Of a DNA stretch of 64,000 nt, positions 11,508 through 24,912 are shown in pieces (position 1 is the first letter of the stretch; each line of letters begins with the position of its first letter). This DNA comes from Balanoglossus misakiensis. Lineage: Eukaryota > Animalia > Hemichordata. Both the position numbers and the translations under genes were made by a program. The notes below the pieces were generated by a model. It was not told the origin of the DNA. It ran no database searches and saw nothing but the letters and a program-made list of their open reading frames with translations. The stretch spans positions 11,673,309-11,737,308 of the forward strand of contig CM082591.2 in assembly GCA_040954595.2 (NCBI GenBank). The letters are read 5' to 3'.

Positions 11508-14500
11508 GTATGCCATATTTTGTTGTTCCTTTTTAAGACTCCCCCTGCATTGTAAGAAACATTATAGTAGTGGCCAGTACATAGTAAGTTGCTGTAAAGT
11601 GTAATGGAGGAAGGGACCTGTAAATATGTGTGTTGTCATAGCAAAATCCACAGAACTATAAAATGTCCATATATTCAAAACTCATAACAAAATATATATT
11701 TGTACAAAAATGCTTTACTACTGATGATTTACAGTGTTTGTAGGCATTAATCCTTGCCAACTTGTGAATATCAAAGTCGTGATAATATATTCATACTTTC
11801 TGAATTCATTAACATATTGAGTTGAAATGTTCTTTCAGGTGCCCCAACACTTGTTTAATTTGATCAGTAACAATTCTTTTTTTTTTCACATGCTGAATTT
11901 TGCACAGAAAAAGTCTTAGAATGTTGTGAATTATTAGATTTTCAGCAGAGATTATTCCACAGAATTTTTCAATACATGCAGTGTGTTAGCATTAATATGA
12001 TTTCAAAATTATATCAGTTGTCACAACAATAGCAAGTTCAATTTTTTATATCTGCAATCATGTTCATTTTCCATGGGTGAATATAAGTTGAAAGATTGTG
12101 TCAACAGTGTCTGGTCGGAAAAGCAACTCTTCATATGTACTGCCCTGCAGGATGTAAACCTATAGGACATTTAAAAACTTGATCTTCATTAAAATACTCA
12201 AATGTCCCTGGAATTGTAAATTATAGTTGTTGGTTTCAAGCCCATTACTTGTATAATTTTGCCAGAAAATATTGATTTTTAAACTGGTTGGGGATTTGCT
12301 CTGTCATAGCAGATTTAACTGTGTAAAATATTATTTTGTGATCTTGTGTTATGTTGAAGGTCAAATTTGCTGCACAAGTAAATTATTTCTCAATGTTACC
12401 TGTGACAAAAAGATAACATTTGAAAGGTCAGTTTCTTCTGTATTATGAATTTATCAGTGATGCTGTTCTGATATTTAAGTAATATTTTATCATTTCAGAG
12501 TCGAATAATATTTTTCAGAGGTGTTGTAATGGGGTATTATTAGATATCATTGCAGTTTATGTATTCCTTGTTTTCCCAAAGATTTGTAAGAATTTAATTG
12601 TTAGGTTTTATATATGCTCTATGAAAGAAGTGAGCTGAAAATGACAGCTAAATGTTGGTCTCCATAGTTAGGTTCAGAGTACAATTGGAGTGTCTACTAA
12701 ACAGTTGTCTACAAGTTTGTTGCAGTGAAAAGAAACTAATTTATTTGCCTTTGTAACAGTAGAGTTTCAATACCATCTTTATATTCCATGGTTACCTTCT
12801 CAGTGGGCTCTTTTCATGTAATCCTTAGTATGAGTTGACATTCAAAATGGAGTGATGAGTTTGAGTAAGATAATGAGTCGTAATAAGATGGTTTCATTAA
12901 CATAATCTTTTTACCAATTTAAAAAAAACTTGAATCGGATTGGCATGTTATAGACTTGAATCACTTTATGGTCAGAGATATCCGTGTTTGATCCATATTC
13001 AGTTCTGATTAATGTGTGCTTCAGAGCAAGCAGTCGTCAGACAAGAGTATCCATCAAAATTATTTTGTATTCAGCATCCACTGAGAATACCTTTCCAAAA
13101 TTTGGTGGTATAATTTACAAGTGTTCGTGTGAAAATCCATTTCTGCAGTGAGTATACCCACAAGTATTAATGTGTATCATTCCCCAGATAATCACTCCCA
13201 CAGAATAACAACTTCCAGTTCATGCAAAACTCTACAGGTGATAGATGATAACCAGAATTACAAAATAACTTTGTGAGACAATGTTATCTGAATTGAAATT
13301 GTCCTATTTGACCTTGCAAACTCGTACTAGTAATGTTTTATAGTCATACTACACAAAGTAATGACTCCATTGATAACTGATATGGTACAACTGACTAAAC
13401 TCACATACAATTGATTGCCATAAAAAGTTCATAGGTCAAAATCTAATCCAGCATTTTCTTGCACTTTCTCAACTGGTTTTAATGGAACTTTGTTGTTTAT
13501 GGCCATTGTTATTGTGTATGGCAGGCAAGTGGATGGACCTTGACAGCTAATAAATTATTTGAAAATTGTACAGCTGTGTCAGAGGGTTACAGAGATCCAT
13601 GGGATTGGCAAGAACTTGTGTAATGTGATGGCTGTCAATGTCAGATAACTAGCAAACACTCAAATAGTAAAAACCATGCAATATTGAATTTGTTAAGTTC
13701 ATCAGTGGTTTTGTTAAGGGCAGTACCGAGGTAAATGTTACCAGGTTCCCCAGTCATTTTATGAGGGTTGTAGTGGGTGCCAGTGTGCCTCTAATCCCAT
13801 ATGACGTGCTACTGACTTGACAAACTTACTGGTGACTCAAGAAAATTATCCACACCACATGATGCACAGGTATAGGGCTGACTCGGAAACTTTTAGAAAT
13901 CCTCGAATTGACTCAAAGCTTTTAAAAATTATGTTTGTTAGAGGGCACACTGTAGGTATATCATCACAGTCGTTTTAAATATGTGTAACAGAAGTGTTAC
14001 CAATGTTGTCAAATCATTTACCAATGTTCCCTAACCTTAGGCAAAAACACTTAAAGTAAAATTGCTGTTTAAATAGCTTTAAGAAGAAAATTCTTATAGT
14101 TAACCCTAGTGCTACTGGGTGTCATACATTGTACCTGTTCTGAGTCTTAAGTCCCTTAAGATACGTATCTGCCATTTTTTCTTCTGAAACGTATTTTGAC
14201 TGTCTTGGCATTGCTCTCCTACGTACTTAGATATACACTTGGCAGTCTGAACCCCCCCCCCCCCCCCAGAAAATGGACCAAACCCTACTTGTTCGCACTG
14301 GTTTTATTTGAGGGTCTTGTGTAGGCCCTACTGACTTACACACACTTAGCAGCCTAACAGGCCTGGGATATTTTCATAATTTTTGTTTCAAACTGCACTA
14401 CCAATACCATTAGTCCATGGATGCAGATGAAGGCAGTGAACTATACACAAGCATTATAAACCCTAAATATGAGTGCATGCAAGTTTTAACCAGATAAATA

Positions 14501-14844
14501 ATAAAGCTTTGCCGCAAGCGATTATGGCCGCCACCGTGGGAAAATGCAGGAAACAATGAAAATGTTGCATTTCCGGTTATGAAACTTCATAAACAAAACA
14601 TGATCTCATCCACTTGAGCTCATGGAAGTAAATGTACACCACTGAGACATCAGATTTTCATTTTTCATTGCAATATTGCACTTTTTCTAAAATTGCAGGA
14701 ATTTTCGTTAAATATCATTTAATATACATAATTAAAAGCATATATGAGATTATTTAAAACTTTAATTTTTTATCCAGTTGCAGCTCATGTACCTTTAATG
14801 TCCCAAACTTAAATGTTTATACTCTTCTTCCAGGTCTTTGATAG

Positions 14845-16557
14845 TAGTGTTGGTTTTTATACTGGCTTTTTTCTTCTACTGATATTTTTTCTTGTGTAGT
14901 TTTTTCGGCCACTTTGATCTTGAAAACGGCTGAACTTACAAATCTCAAACTTGGCACAATGGAGCAGGCCTATGAGAGCTGGTGCAGTACCCTTGTGAAT
15001 GTTTAATTAGTCATGTGACCTGATGACCATATGTGGGCAAACAAAGTTTTCAAATTTGCCTAATTTGCATATGAATGGAAATATCAAAATTCTGTTAAGA
15101 TACTTTGTGGACCATGTGGTCAGTCAGAGTTTCCGGTAGTTTTTTCCCCCAATCGTATGCCATACGCAAGAGGTCAATAAAAATGCGTACGAAGGTGATT
15201 TAAATGCGTACAATGTATTCATATCACATCCATTAGCAGACTGTTGCAAAATAACGCAAAACACTTCAAATGGCACACATTGTAACCAAAAAGAATTCTA
15301 AACAGACCAAACAGCTTTTGACGTGATTTTACGTTTACAGACAAATGACGTCGCTTCTCTATGATCAGTGCCTTGCATATGCCGTTTGATGGCCGATTTT
15401 TGAAGATCATGCCATATTTTTCACAAACCTTACAGAAAAGCACGAGTGTCTTTTTTTCCGCCGCTTTCGTTGACTGTTTTGCCGCCATGTTGATCGATAT
15501 TACACGTACGTGACGCATGGCATGATGATTGGAACGCGCGCTAAACGAAAATTGTTACATTTTATCATGGTCAAGCGTCTGCGCAAATGGTTTGGAATGT
15601 TGCAATTTTATTCAAAACATGTAAGCGTGCACAAGGTGCTGTCTTGTTTGTAGGTCGTTTGACGAGTCTTTTGTTAGCTCAAACTTTCAATGGCGAAAAC
15701 AGAGTCCATTTCATTGCGTACGCCAGACGCACTTGTCGGTTCAATATGCGTATAGAAATTTTCCATTGCGTGTATTACGCACATTTTAGCGTAACCGGAA
15801 ACTCTGGTCAGTGTCCTACATGCCAAATATCAAGACAGTAGGCCAAGCCTGTTTTGAGAAGAAGACTTTTAAATATTATTAGTTTTTCATATTTTTTGAC
15901 CCAGCCATTATGAGCCTATACTTTATATGCTATGACGCTATGTCCACGTCTGTGCAATGGTCCTGTACAGGTTTTGTTCTTGTGGGACATGGACCAGTAT
16001 GGGGTTAAAAAAAATTGCCCAAATTTTGGGTGACCTCAGGTGACCTTTGACCTACTTTCCTATATCTCCGCATCCACAGCAGGTACAGATTTGGCGTTTG
16101 GAGGGTTGGGACTAAAATTGAAAAGACAAAATTGGGGGTCACCTGTGACACCTGCTTATCTCATTAATTATGTGCATACCTAATTCCAGGCTAACCAATA
16201 GGGTTAGAGGTTTGAGTTTTGTTGAACATGGACCAGTATGGAGTCAAAATTTCTTGCCCAAATTTTTGGTGACCTCAGGTGACCTTTGACCTACTTTACC
16301 ATATCTCGGCATCCACAGCAGATACAGCCTTGGCATTTGGAGGGGTGGAACTCCTGATTGAGCCTTACAATTTACCTCATTTATTATGCACATGTATACC
16401 TAATTGTAGGCGAACCAATAGGGCTAGAGATTTTGTTCTTGTGGGACATGGACCAGTATGGGGTCAAAATTTCTTGCCCAAATTTTGGGTGACCACTTAT
16501 GACCTTTGCCCTTCGGCTTAACCTTGGGCCCGTCATCGCTGCTTGCAGCTATATTTT
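14845..16557 (+). mobile_element. HINE-like family A copy with internal ~240-bp repeat modules
   Basis: Ends cttgggcccgtcatcgctgcttgcagctatatttt; shares core motifs (ttagtcatgtgacc, gtgacctcaggtgacctttgacc) with the other copies. Confidence 0.7.
15125..15806. mobile_element. 682-bp TIR element with a 6-bp TSD (hAT6-like)
   Basis: Perfect 13-bp TIR cagagtttccggt / accggaaactctg; gtcagt duplicated at 15119-15124 and 15807-15812. Confidence 0.8.
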
Positions 16558-16575
16558 CATATGAATTTTCCAGTA

Positions 16576-17878
16576 TTTTTAGGTCACATTGGTTTATACC
16601 ATGGGACCTTATGGGATGGGTTGCGTCTGTATGTATGGATGGATGGATGTTTGTATGTATGTATGGATGGATGTATGTCTGTATGTCCGTCCACATCAAA
16701 AACTTGAAAACCGCTGCATGTATCACCTTGATATTTGGTGTACAGGTGCAGGCTGGGCTGTAGATGGGAGTTTGTTCAAATGAAGTTGTCATTGCCAAAA
16801 ATATGCAAATTAGCTGGGAAAATGTGAAATTGGTCAAAACCCAAAAACTCGACAACCACTTGTCAGATTTGTTTGAAAATGAGTATGCATGTACCTTATG
16901 TCAACCTCATACAGTCCTGTATGTTTTGAGCTAATATTATCGATTTCCTATTTTTGATGCATTTTTTTGTATTTTTCCATGTTATTGGTAAAAAGTCTTC
17001 ATTTCTGAAAGTGATAGGCTTACTTCTTTGAAATTTAGTATGAAGTTTCCTTATAGTTGTCTGAGTAAACATAGTTTTGTTCAAATTGTTGCTAAATTTG
17101 CATATTTATAATTTTGAGCAATATTTGCCAGTTTGGGTCCAACATTTTTTTCTTTAAAACCGCATGCCAGATTGCTTTTCAATTTGGTAGGCATGTTCGT
17201 AGGGGTAACCAGTCTGGTCGCAGCCAGGGTAATTAAGGCGGCGAGATCAAAGAAATCTATTTGAATGTGAACGTCACTGAGTGGCAGTTACAGCCGGTTC
17301 GAAAAATTTTCAGACGGAGATTTTCGGTACTACAAGTGATCGTAGTGCATCCATTTTTCTAAGACGTGTATGAAACACCACAGTCAATGATAGGATGATT
17401 TTTCGTGAAGTTTTAACGACGCGTTCCCGAGAAAGACAGTTTCGGTATGTTGGTTGAAATTGTGGTCCCTGACTCTCGGAAAAGATTTCTTGTGTTGAAA
17501 AAAATTGGGTAGGTTAGGAAGATATTGAACTAAGTTACTGTGAAATTATAATGTTGTGAGCCGCTCCGTTGTGGAGTAATGACGGTGTAAAAATTGCCTT
17601 CGCCTTTGACGAGTAGAGCCGTGTATTCCATATGTGTATGCACTGAACTAGGTCAACGCATGTTGACCCATGACGTAATGGCTTCCTTTTCAATGCTAAG
17701 TTAACTCTCATTAGCATATTTTGCCCTCTGTGATTCATATAAACACAGCAAATTCCTGAATGATTACATAACTGGCTAAGTTTTAAAGAGGCCAGCTGTT
17801 CTATTTAGTGTTTGTACAGTACAAATGCCATTGGCAGCTTATGGGTCAGTCAGTGTTTGCCCATTGATCTCTCGCTAT
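16576..17878 (+). mobile_element. HINE-like family B copy, interrupted at ~17210-17725
   Basis: tttttaggtcacat...atgggacct hairpin start, (atgt/atgg)n, conserved core; 17725-17878 matches the family's 3' part at 42246-42400. Confidence 0.72.
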
Positions 17879-17880
17879 TA

Positions 17881-18040
17881 GGGCGTTCTCACTGGCACGT
17901 ATACACGGTGCTACACCAGTGTAGATTTGACACCGACGGAAAAAAACAAGTGAGAACGGTGTTAATTTGCGACGGCGATGGGTGGTGGGTCAGGGCCAGT
18001 GCTGGGCCAGCACTCCGACGCAAATATGCAGTGAGAACGC
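17881..18040. mobile_element. Small MITE, possibly PIF/Harbinger-like
   Basis: Inverted gcgttctcactg / cagtgagaacgc; preceded by tta; right end degenerate. Confidence 0.4.
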
Positions 18041-18103
18041 AAAGATAAACTAACACGGTTCAAAAGCGCCACCCTGCAGTGACTTTTGGGTATGTTTATT
18101 TAA

Positions 18104-20048
18104 AGAGCATATCTTGCCTTTTTAAATCTTATCAGAAGGTTAAAAAATGTTCAAAAGAAATGTACTATGTTCCAAAAGTGACTATATTTTTTGGGTATCG
18201 ATTTCTATAATATTTGTTTTGTTCTCATAAAATGCTTCAAAATCCACCCCGTCCTGAAAAGTCCGAGTTCAGATTTGCTGCATTTTGGTCACGTGACGTG
18301 ACGTCACAAGAGGAACCGGTCAGGTAGCCCAGCTTTAGCGATGCTCACAGGTGTCATACGGTGTTTTCGTGCTTTTCTGTGTAATACCACTATGGGAAAG
18401 GGAGTTGTTTGCCGTGGTTGCAGCAACACATTACCTTGACGGGAGTCACCCGTGTGAGTTCCACAAAAACGAATGAAAGTCTATGCCACGATCATCAACA
18501 TCGTACGGTGGATATGAAGCCGGCGCGGCGCCGGCCGCAGCCGTAACTGTCAATGCATGACCGTTGAACGATAATCGGCCAGGTTCGAATCACGAGAAGA
18601 CAATCCCCACCCATACAGGAAAATAGAAGCCTGTCAGCAGGAGAGGTCGACCAACAGATCGTTTATACCCGGTATTGGTGTTCATACAATGTTCCAGCGA
18701 CCGCGATTTACACAGTACTGTAGACAAGTAGTAGTAGGTGAACTGGCAGGATGTGTAAACACAATTTTGCGTTGGCCGACATCATGTTGAGATTGTTTAT
18801 TATTATTCACGCTTCCGTCTGGCTAACCGGTACCCAATGACCGCAAACTACAGTGTACGATAATTAAGGTTGACAGCAATCGATGTAAAAACTTGAACGT
18901 TCAAAATATTACCGTTACTATTTCACGTTTTTTTTCAGTCGTACCTTTGTATGGCTTCGGCTGAACGGTCGCCATCTTTCTTTTCTAATTTCTTTGTTTA
19001 CAAGTTTTACGTCGCGCTATGTCCGACTCATCGGCTCCAAAACACACTGTACAAATTTTGAAACAAAATGTGTTGAGTAAATTTTGCCTCGTGTGAGTGA
19101 AAACTGTTTCCAAACTTAGATATTCGTGTATATCAATGAAAATGTTTCATACTTTGTGAGCGTGAGTGGGTCGGCCTGGCATGATCGCCTGTTTCTGTTG
19201 GTTGTATGGTTTCATTTTGTTATAATGCAGTATGAAGCATGTCAAGGAACTTCCATGATTACAGCGACAAGTCATAAATGTTTCTGTTTGTCATCACCAA
19301 AAAGGCATAGCTTACATGTAATTCAAAAGACAGAATTTTAGTGCTGGTAGTAAATATACATCGCGGCGCGATATGTGTCATCGCTGCCGATCGGCGCTGA
19401 TGGAGTTCCCTTGACCTTGTACAATAACACACGCGTATTTTGTCTGATAAGGCAGTCATTGAAAATCGCCAAAAAGACCACGATCAGTTATCAATAAGTT
19501 GACATTGTCCAAGATAAGTAGATTTAGTCCCAACACTCTAGACCTAAACCTCTGGGCAATATTCGACGGTTTAATCGAGGCAGCAATCATTGTATGTGTA
19601 AGGTGCCTATACACATCCGCTGCCATTGCATGTTGTGTACTGCTTGCAATGCGAAGCCGTAGCCTAACCGGGCCGAGTTTTTTTTTTTCATAATCGCATC
19701 TCCCCTAGATGATAAGGTAGACATATGTACGTTTATTTTGAAGGGTACGGGGGATACAGAGTTGTACCCAGGCTGACACAGCAAAGCCGTTTACATCACA
19801 GGAATGTATGGTTGCAATTCAACCACTGCAATGTACAGTGCCAAGTCTGTTGCAAACGTAAATGGGTTCCTCTTGTGACGTCACGGAAATGGGCGTGGCC
19901 AAAACAGAACTTTTTTCTCAGGCCCTGAACATTTTTAAATTTAACATTTATTTATCCATATGAAATAAGTAAAAGGACACCAGCATTTAACACACAAGCC
20001 CAATTATTATTTATCCTCAAAAGTGTGTTTCGAGGTAAGATAGGCTCT
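18104..20048 (+). mobile_element. Kolobok-like non-autonomous DNA transposon, copy 1 (1945 bp)
   Basis: TTAA on both sides, imperfect TIR agagcatatcttgcct / aggtaagataggctct (RR termini), THAP-like remnant MGKGVVCRGCSNT at 18392; near-identical to 29117-30836. Confidence 0.8.
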
Positions 20049-20960
20049 TTAATATTAGGTATAGCCCATTGTCTTTGGTCAGTTTCCATTGTGAAGTCAA
20101 TCACACTGGACGCGAGTGGTTTTCAAACCATTCGCAGTTTGCCAGGTCTGCAACACTTCTGTCTGCTACCAACTTTCAGAAGGTTCTCTCGATCACCGAA
20201 AAGCTGAGGCATTTTCCATTTATGGATTAACATTCATTTACTTCTAAACATTATCAAAACTGTCACAAAGTCGTCTAGAACGCATATGCAGGTATAGAAA
20301 CTGAAACATGTTGCTGTAATGTCCTCTACGTCCTCAATTTTGTTAGTTGCCGTGTTGCTAAACATGGCCATTTAGACTGTGTTTATTTCAAAACAGTGGC
20401 CAAAAGTTTAGTGTGTGGACGCACAGAGATTCTGTGGGCTAATCCCCTGTGTTTGCAGAGAGTAAGGGTTTTACTGGACTGGACATGACATGGAGAGGGT
20501 TGCATGAGTTTAACAACAGGGCAGTAACAATGATATCAAGCAAATGAGCTGGAGATCAGCTGTGACTTGCAATTGTTTCTTCTGAAGTGCAGTCTAAAAG
20601 GGCAAATTACATTATCATGTGTATGTAATCCATAATTGTCTGTCTAGTCTTGCAGATTTATCTTGGCTGTGCCAAACCATGCTAAATTAACTAGATAACT
20701 TTTGTTTATAATATTTTCACTAATTTGTTTGTGTCAATACAATGTCAAATGCAATTTCTTGTTAACTTGCCATTCCACCCAGTTCTCTGCTTGTCAACAT
20801 ACAAGTATGTGTAATGACCATTGTTATTGTTGACAAATGAATTCTAGTCCAAACTTGAATTCAAATTTTCCACATTATAAACAATACTGACTATAATACA
20901 TACAGCCTGTGATGATTAGCTAAATACTGGGAACATGTACTTCATTCAATAATTTGAACA

Positions 20961-21119
20961 AGAAACTACAGTAGTAGATACACAAAAGAAACAAACTTGA
21001 AAAAAAAATAAAACGTTACAGCCAACTACTACATTAATAGTTAGAAACTACAGTAGTAGATACACAAAAGAAAAAAAACTTGAAAAAAAATGAAACGTTA
21101 CAGCCAACTACTACATTAA
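20961..21119 (+). repeat. 82-bp tandem duplication
   Basis: agaaactacagtagtagatacac...ctactacattaa starts at both 20961 and 21043. Confidence 0.9.
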
Positions 21120-22313
21120 CCCTAACGCTGTCGAGTACGTAGCAGAGCGCCCGATTTCCGGTGTGGGTAGAAGTCGAACGTTGGCGAGTGATGAATGACC
21201 TAATCGGTATGGATCGATATGATTCACCGACCCGCTGGAGTCTCTAGGCGTTTGCGTGCGCTTCGCTATAACGGGTTGACTTTGAACTACCGTTTTGAGG
21301 GCAATATCTGTTAGGACAGGAAAGTCTCGACAGGGTTCTTTGCCTTGAACTACAAAGAGCACACTATCCTAAGAGGCACATTCCGCCGGTCATTCCCGAC
21401 CCTGGGGAGACCGTTTTTTTGCGTCCGTCAAAAACGTACTTGGCATCGATGCATTGTTTACTATAACAGACGGCTCCACAACGACATAGGGTATCGACCT
21501 TTTCGATGGCCAGCGGTGTAGGACGCACTCGTGGGTAGCACTGTTTGGGAAAGTGCGTTTTGGGATCGACTCGGGAAACATGACGAAATGGTGCAATGGG
21601 GCCCGCAGAGCTTGCGGGATACCTATGACTGTGTCGGTACAACCCTGTGCCGTAAAAATTTATAGCGTATTAACACCGTACTGAACGTCAGTTTGCCGTG
21701 CGTAAGTAACCAACGTGTCTTTATCACAACGTCCGTGTGTGTCTGGTCTGAAGAAATGAGTCGTTATCACAACGTCCGTGTGTGTCTGGTCTGAAGAAAT
21801 GAGTCGTTGTCGGGCGGCTGTAGAGTGGGACACTGTGCGTCAGTGTCTAGTCGTTCGCATTACGTGTCGAACTAACCCGTACCCTACGGGAAAGTGGCAG
21901 GGGAAGGGGTGCCCGAACACCCCTGGCGGTACACCCTGGGTCCCCTACTGACAACTAATGGTGTCGTCGTTGTGACGTGATATGGCGTGTGCTAACACAC
22001 TAACTTTATTTTCGTAAAAGTAAGCCTCGAAACGACGTTGACAGACGCTCCCCTCCCAGGGGAACGAACCCGATGACCCACAACTTTTACCCGGTTAATT
22101 GTTGTTTGAGGTCCCGCCGACACGGGACTGTGCCAAACTTGAAGTCTAGCACGTTCAAAAGCAGCTAAATTGACCCTCAAAAAACCCGATTTTCAGGCAA
22201 AAAGCCTGGTAATCCAGCGGGTGTAGAATGCCGGATTCTACATACACCGAAAAGGAGGCGGTCTCAGAACGACTCGGCAGCCCAACGGGTTATGACCCCC
22301 GGTAGCAATAGGG
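21120..22313. mobile_element. piggyBac-like non-autonomous element (1194 bp)
   Basis: TTAA|ccctaacgct ... agcaataggg|TTAA; GC/CpG-richer than its flanks; internal ~43-bp tandem repeat at ~21722-21807. Confidence 0.82.
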
Positions 22314-22780
22314 TTAATAGTTTGAAAAGTCATATCATCTATTTAGGGGCACAAGCCTATCGGTATTGTTGGAATTTTTCTTATTATTATTATTATTATT
22401 CTTCCGAGAAATATGTCATGGTAGATCTGGAAAACCGCAGCACCTAGGGGGCTGAAACTTGGTAGGGTGATAGGGGCCAATGAGGAGACGTGCAGTGGCC
22501 CGTGAATATTTAATTAGTCACGTGACCTGGCGGCCATTTTGGATTTTCTGAAAACCGTTAAATGACTCCTCAAAAACTACAGGGCCGATCGAGTTCAAAT
22601 TTGGTGTGCAGGTAGCCTACGTTCTGTCCATCATTTTACCCCATTGAAATCATGACGTCATACATGAAATTTTTTTGCTACAATTGTTTTTCTGAAAAAC
22701 TACTTAAAACTTTAAAAATCTTCTTCTCCAGAACCAGCAGTTGCCGAGTCACGGGATTTGGGATATGTGGTCACCTAACC

Positions 22781-23073
22781 TATTCTTCGCTATCAAATGA
22801 CGTCAGACGCGCTCAGGCGGCAGTTACGTTCGCATTCAAATTTCCAGATGACGGGCAACTTCAACAACGTGGTGCAGACAAAGATAGTGCATACGAAATG
22901 CCAAAACGCTGATGAGGCAACATACCCGATACATGTTATGTGTCTGGCGGTTCTAAAGTAAAAACATACTCGGAAAAACTTTTACTGGATGCCGAAATAT
23001 TGCTTGCCCGTCATCTGGAAATGACTGCGCCATGGGACACATTGGCAGATCACGTGATTGATAGTAAAGAATA
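22781..23073. mobile_element. TA-flanked MITE inserted in a HINE copy
   Basis: Ends tattcttcgctatcaa / ttgatagtaaagaata; internal inverted 18-mer tttccagatgacgggcaa; absent from the homologous copy at ~56530. Confidence 0.75.
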
Positions 23074-23511
23074 TCTATCAAGTTTGAGAAGCGCACTGTG
23101 ATTGGTCAATCATTATGGCGGCCATGTTGGATTTTCGGAAAACCATTGAAAAATGAAAATTCCGTTTTGTAGCCAAAATGTTGACAGCGCGGAAATTCTT
23201 TTTTTGGATATGAGTCATCATATGACCGGAAGTTGTCACAATTTTTCGGGGCAATTTTCACATGACCTTTGACCCAGTTTTAAAACAACTAATTATATAT
23301 GCATATTCCCCATACCTCCTCTTGTCAAAGCACCACAGTCATGAATTTTGTGGACATGGGTACCAATGCTGCCAGGACATGACACAAATATTTTGGTAAT
23401 TTTGGCAATGACCCTTGACCTATTTCTGAAACATCATTTTTCTGCATATCTAATTCCAGGCTAACCAATAGGGCTAGAGGTCTGGTTTTAGTTGGACATG
23501 GCCCACTCTGG

Positions 23512-23740
23512 GGTCTCATCGAAAAGTGGGATGGTAACTCTGATCAAAAAGCTAGGTGCTCTTATCGAAAAGCTGAGGTACTCTCATCGAAAAGAGGGTG
23601 CTCTGATCGAAAAGCTGAGGTACTCTCATCGAAAAGCTGACGTACTCTCATCGAAAAGCTTTAGTGCTCTGATCGAAAAGCTTGGTGCTCTGATCGAAAA
23701 GTGAATACTCTCATCGAAAAGCTGGGTGCTCTGATCGAAT
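23512..23740 (+). repeat. Minisatellite of ~19-21-bp units (ctctcatcgaaaagctg...)
   Basis: About 11 degenerate units sharing atcgaaaag. Confidence 0.85.
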
Positions 23741-24912
23741 TTTGGCATGAATTACACTCCATAAGTGTGTGTCTGTCTGTTCCAGGGCTGACTGAAAGAA
23801 GTTGCTTCTCATATGTGTTTGTACAGACAATTTTTGGTCAATTTTTTTTTCTAGCACCACTTGTAAGACTGCCATGACACATGACAGTTTATTGGGCATG
23901 TTCCTTGTTAATTTTTTTACATTCCATATTTCTATATCATAAGATCATATCTGCTTGCAATGTCACCTGTAATTTTTATTCTGGTGTGTCACTGTTTCCG
24001 CATAATCCTCAAATGGGACCACAGTGTCCTTGACGCTATTTTTGTTCCACAGGGACAAATGCAAGTGTCAGTTGGTTTTTGCCCAAATGTATAAGGTGAT
24101 TTGGATGACCTCTGTCGTACAGTGCCATATCTCACCACGTTGTACAGGTGCAGCTTTGAAACTATCATGAAATGCCAAATACAGGGGGATACCTGTGACA
24201 CCTGCTTGATTCATGTATTATGTGCATACCTAATGGTTGGCAAAGTGAAAGGGCTGCAAATGTAGGATTTGCTGCACATGACAGAAACAGGAATGAAAAT
24301 TTTTTTTTTGTCAAATTTTTGGGTGACCTCAGGTGTCCATTGACCTGCTTTCCATATGTTAGCTTGCACATCATACTGTATATAGCCAGGTGTTTGGAGG
24401 GGTAGGGTAGGACCCTCTGCGTCATGAAATGCTAAATTCCTGGGGCCACCTGTAACTTACTTGCATAACTCATTATTATGGCCATACCTAATTTGACAAA
24501 CCCGAAGGGCGAGGATTTTCCGTTGTCTTGAATATGAACCAAATAGGAATCCAAATTTTTGGCCCAATTTTTGGGTACCCTCAGCTGACCTTTGAAGTAC
24601 TTACTGAAGTACTTACATAACGTAGAAGTTCACTTTTGGTTGTTGTGTTTGTAGTTTATAAGTTGTAGGACATCCATTTTAGGTGGTTGCCTACTTCCCC
24701 ATGTCTCCACATCCAGAGCAAATACAGCCTATGTATTTGAATGGTACAACCCTGAATGGAGTCTAATGGTTATTATCTCTATGCTTGGGCCCCTCCAATG
24801 CTGCTTGCAGCTTTAATTATCAAGTGGTAATTGTTCTCATATTACCATACCAATGCTTTTATTTACAGAAAAAAGTGGTCTCATATTACCATACCAATGC
24901 TTTTATTTACAG

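Larger units (their letters stand above)
22341..24818 (+). mobile_element. Composite HINE-like family A region (includes a family B 3' end at ~24011-24042)
   Basis: Begins tttaggggcacaagc plus (tat)n, ends gcttgggccc...gctgcttgcagctttaatt. 22390-23515 is an inverted near-copy of 56090-56880; 24165-24818 matches 41570-42209. Confidence 0.72.

Noticed and set aside
12851-13010. Possible C/D box snoRNA (GTGATGA ... CTGA)
   Set aside because: Boxes are ~150 nt apart with no terminal stem or recognisable rRNA guide.
21120-22313. GC-rich island as rRNA or horizontally transferred bacterial DNA
   Set aside because: No rRNA or tRNA motifs recognised; it is bounded by TTAA/CCCT..AGGG ends, so a transposon explains it.
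23512-23740. Short repeats resembling a CRISPR array
   Set aside because: Units are adjacent and degenerate with no unique spacers, there are no cas genes, and the context is a eukaryotic intron; it is a minisatellite.
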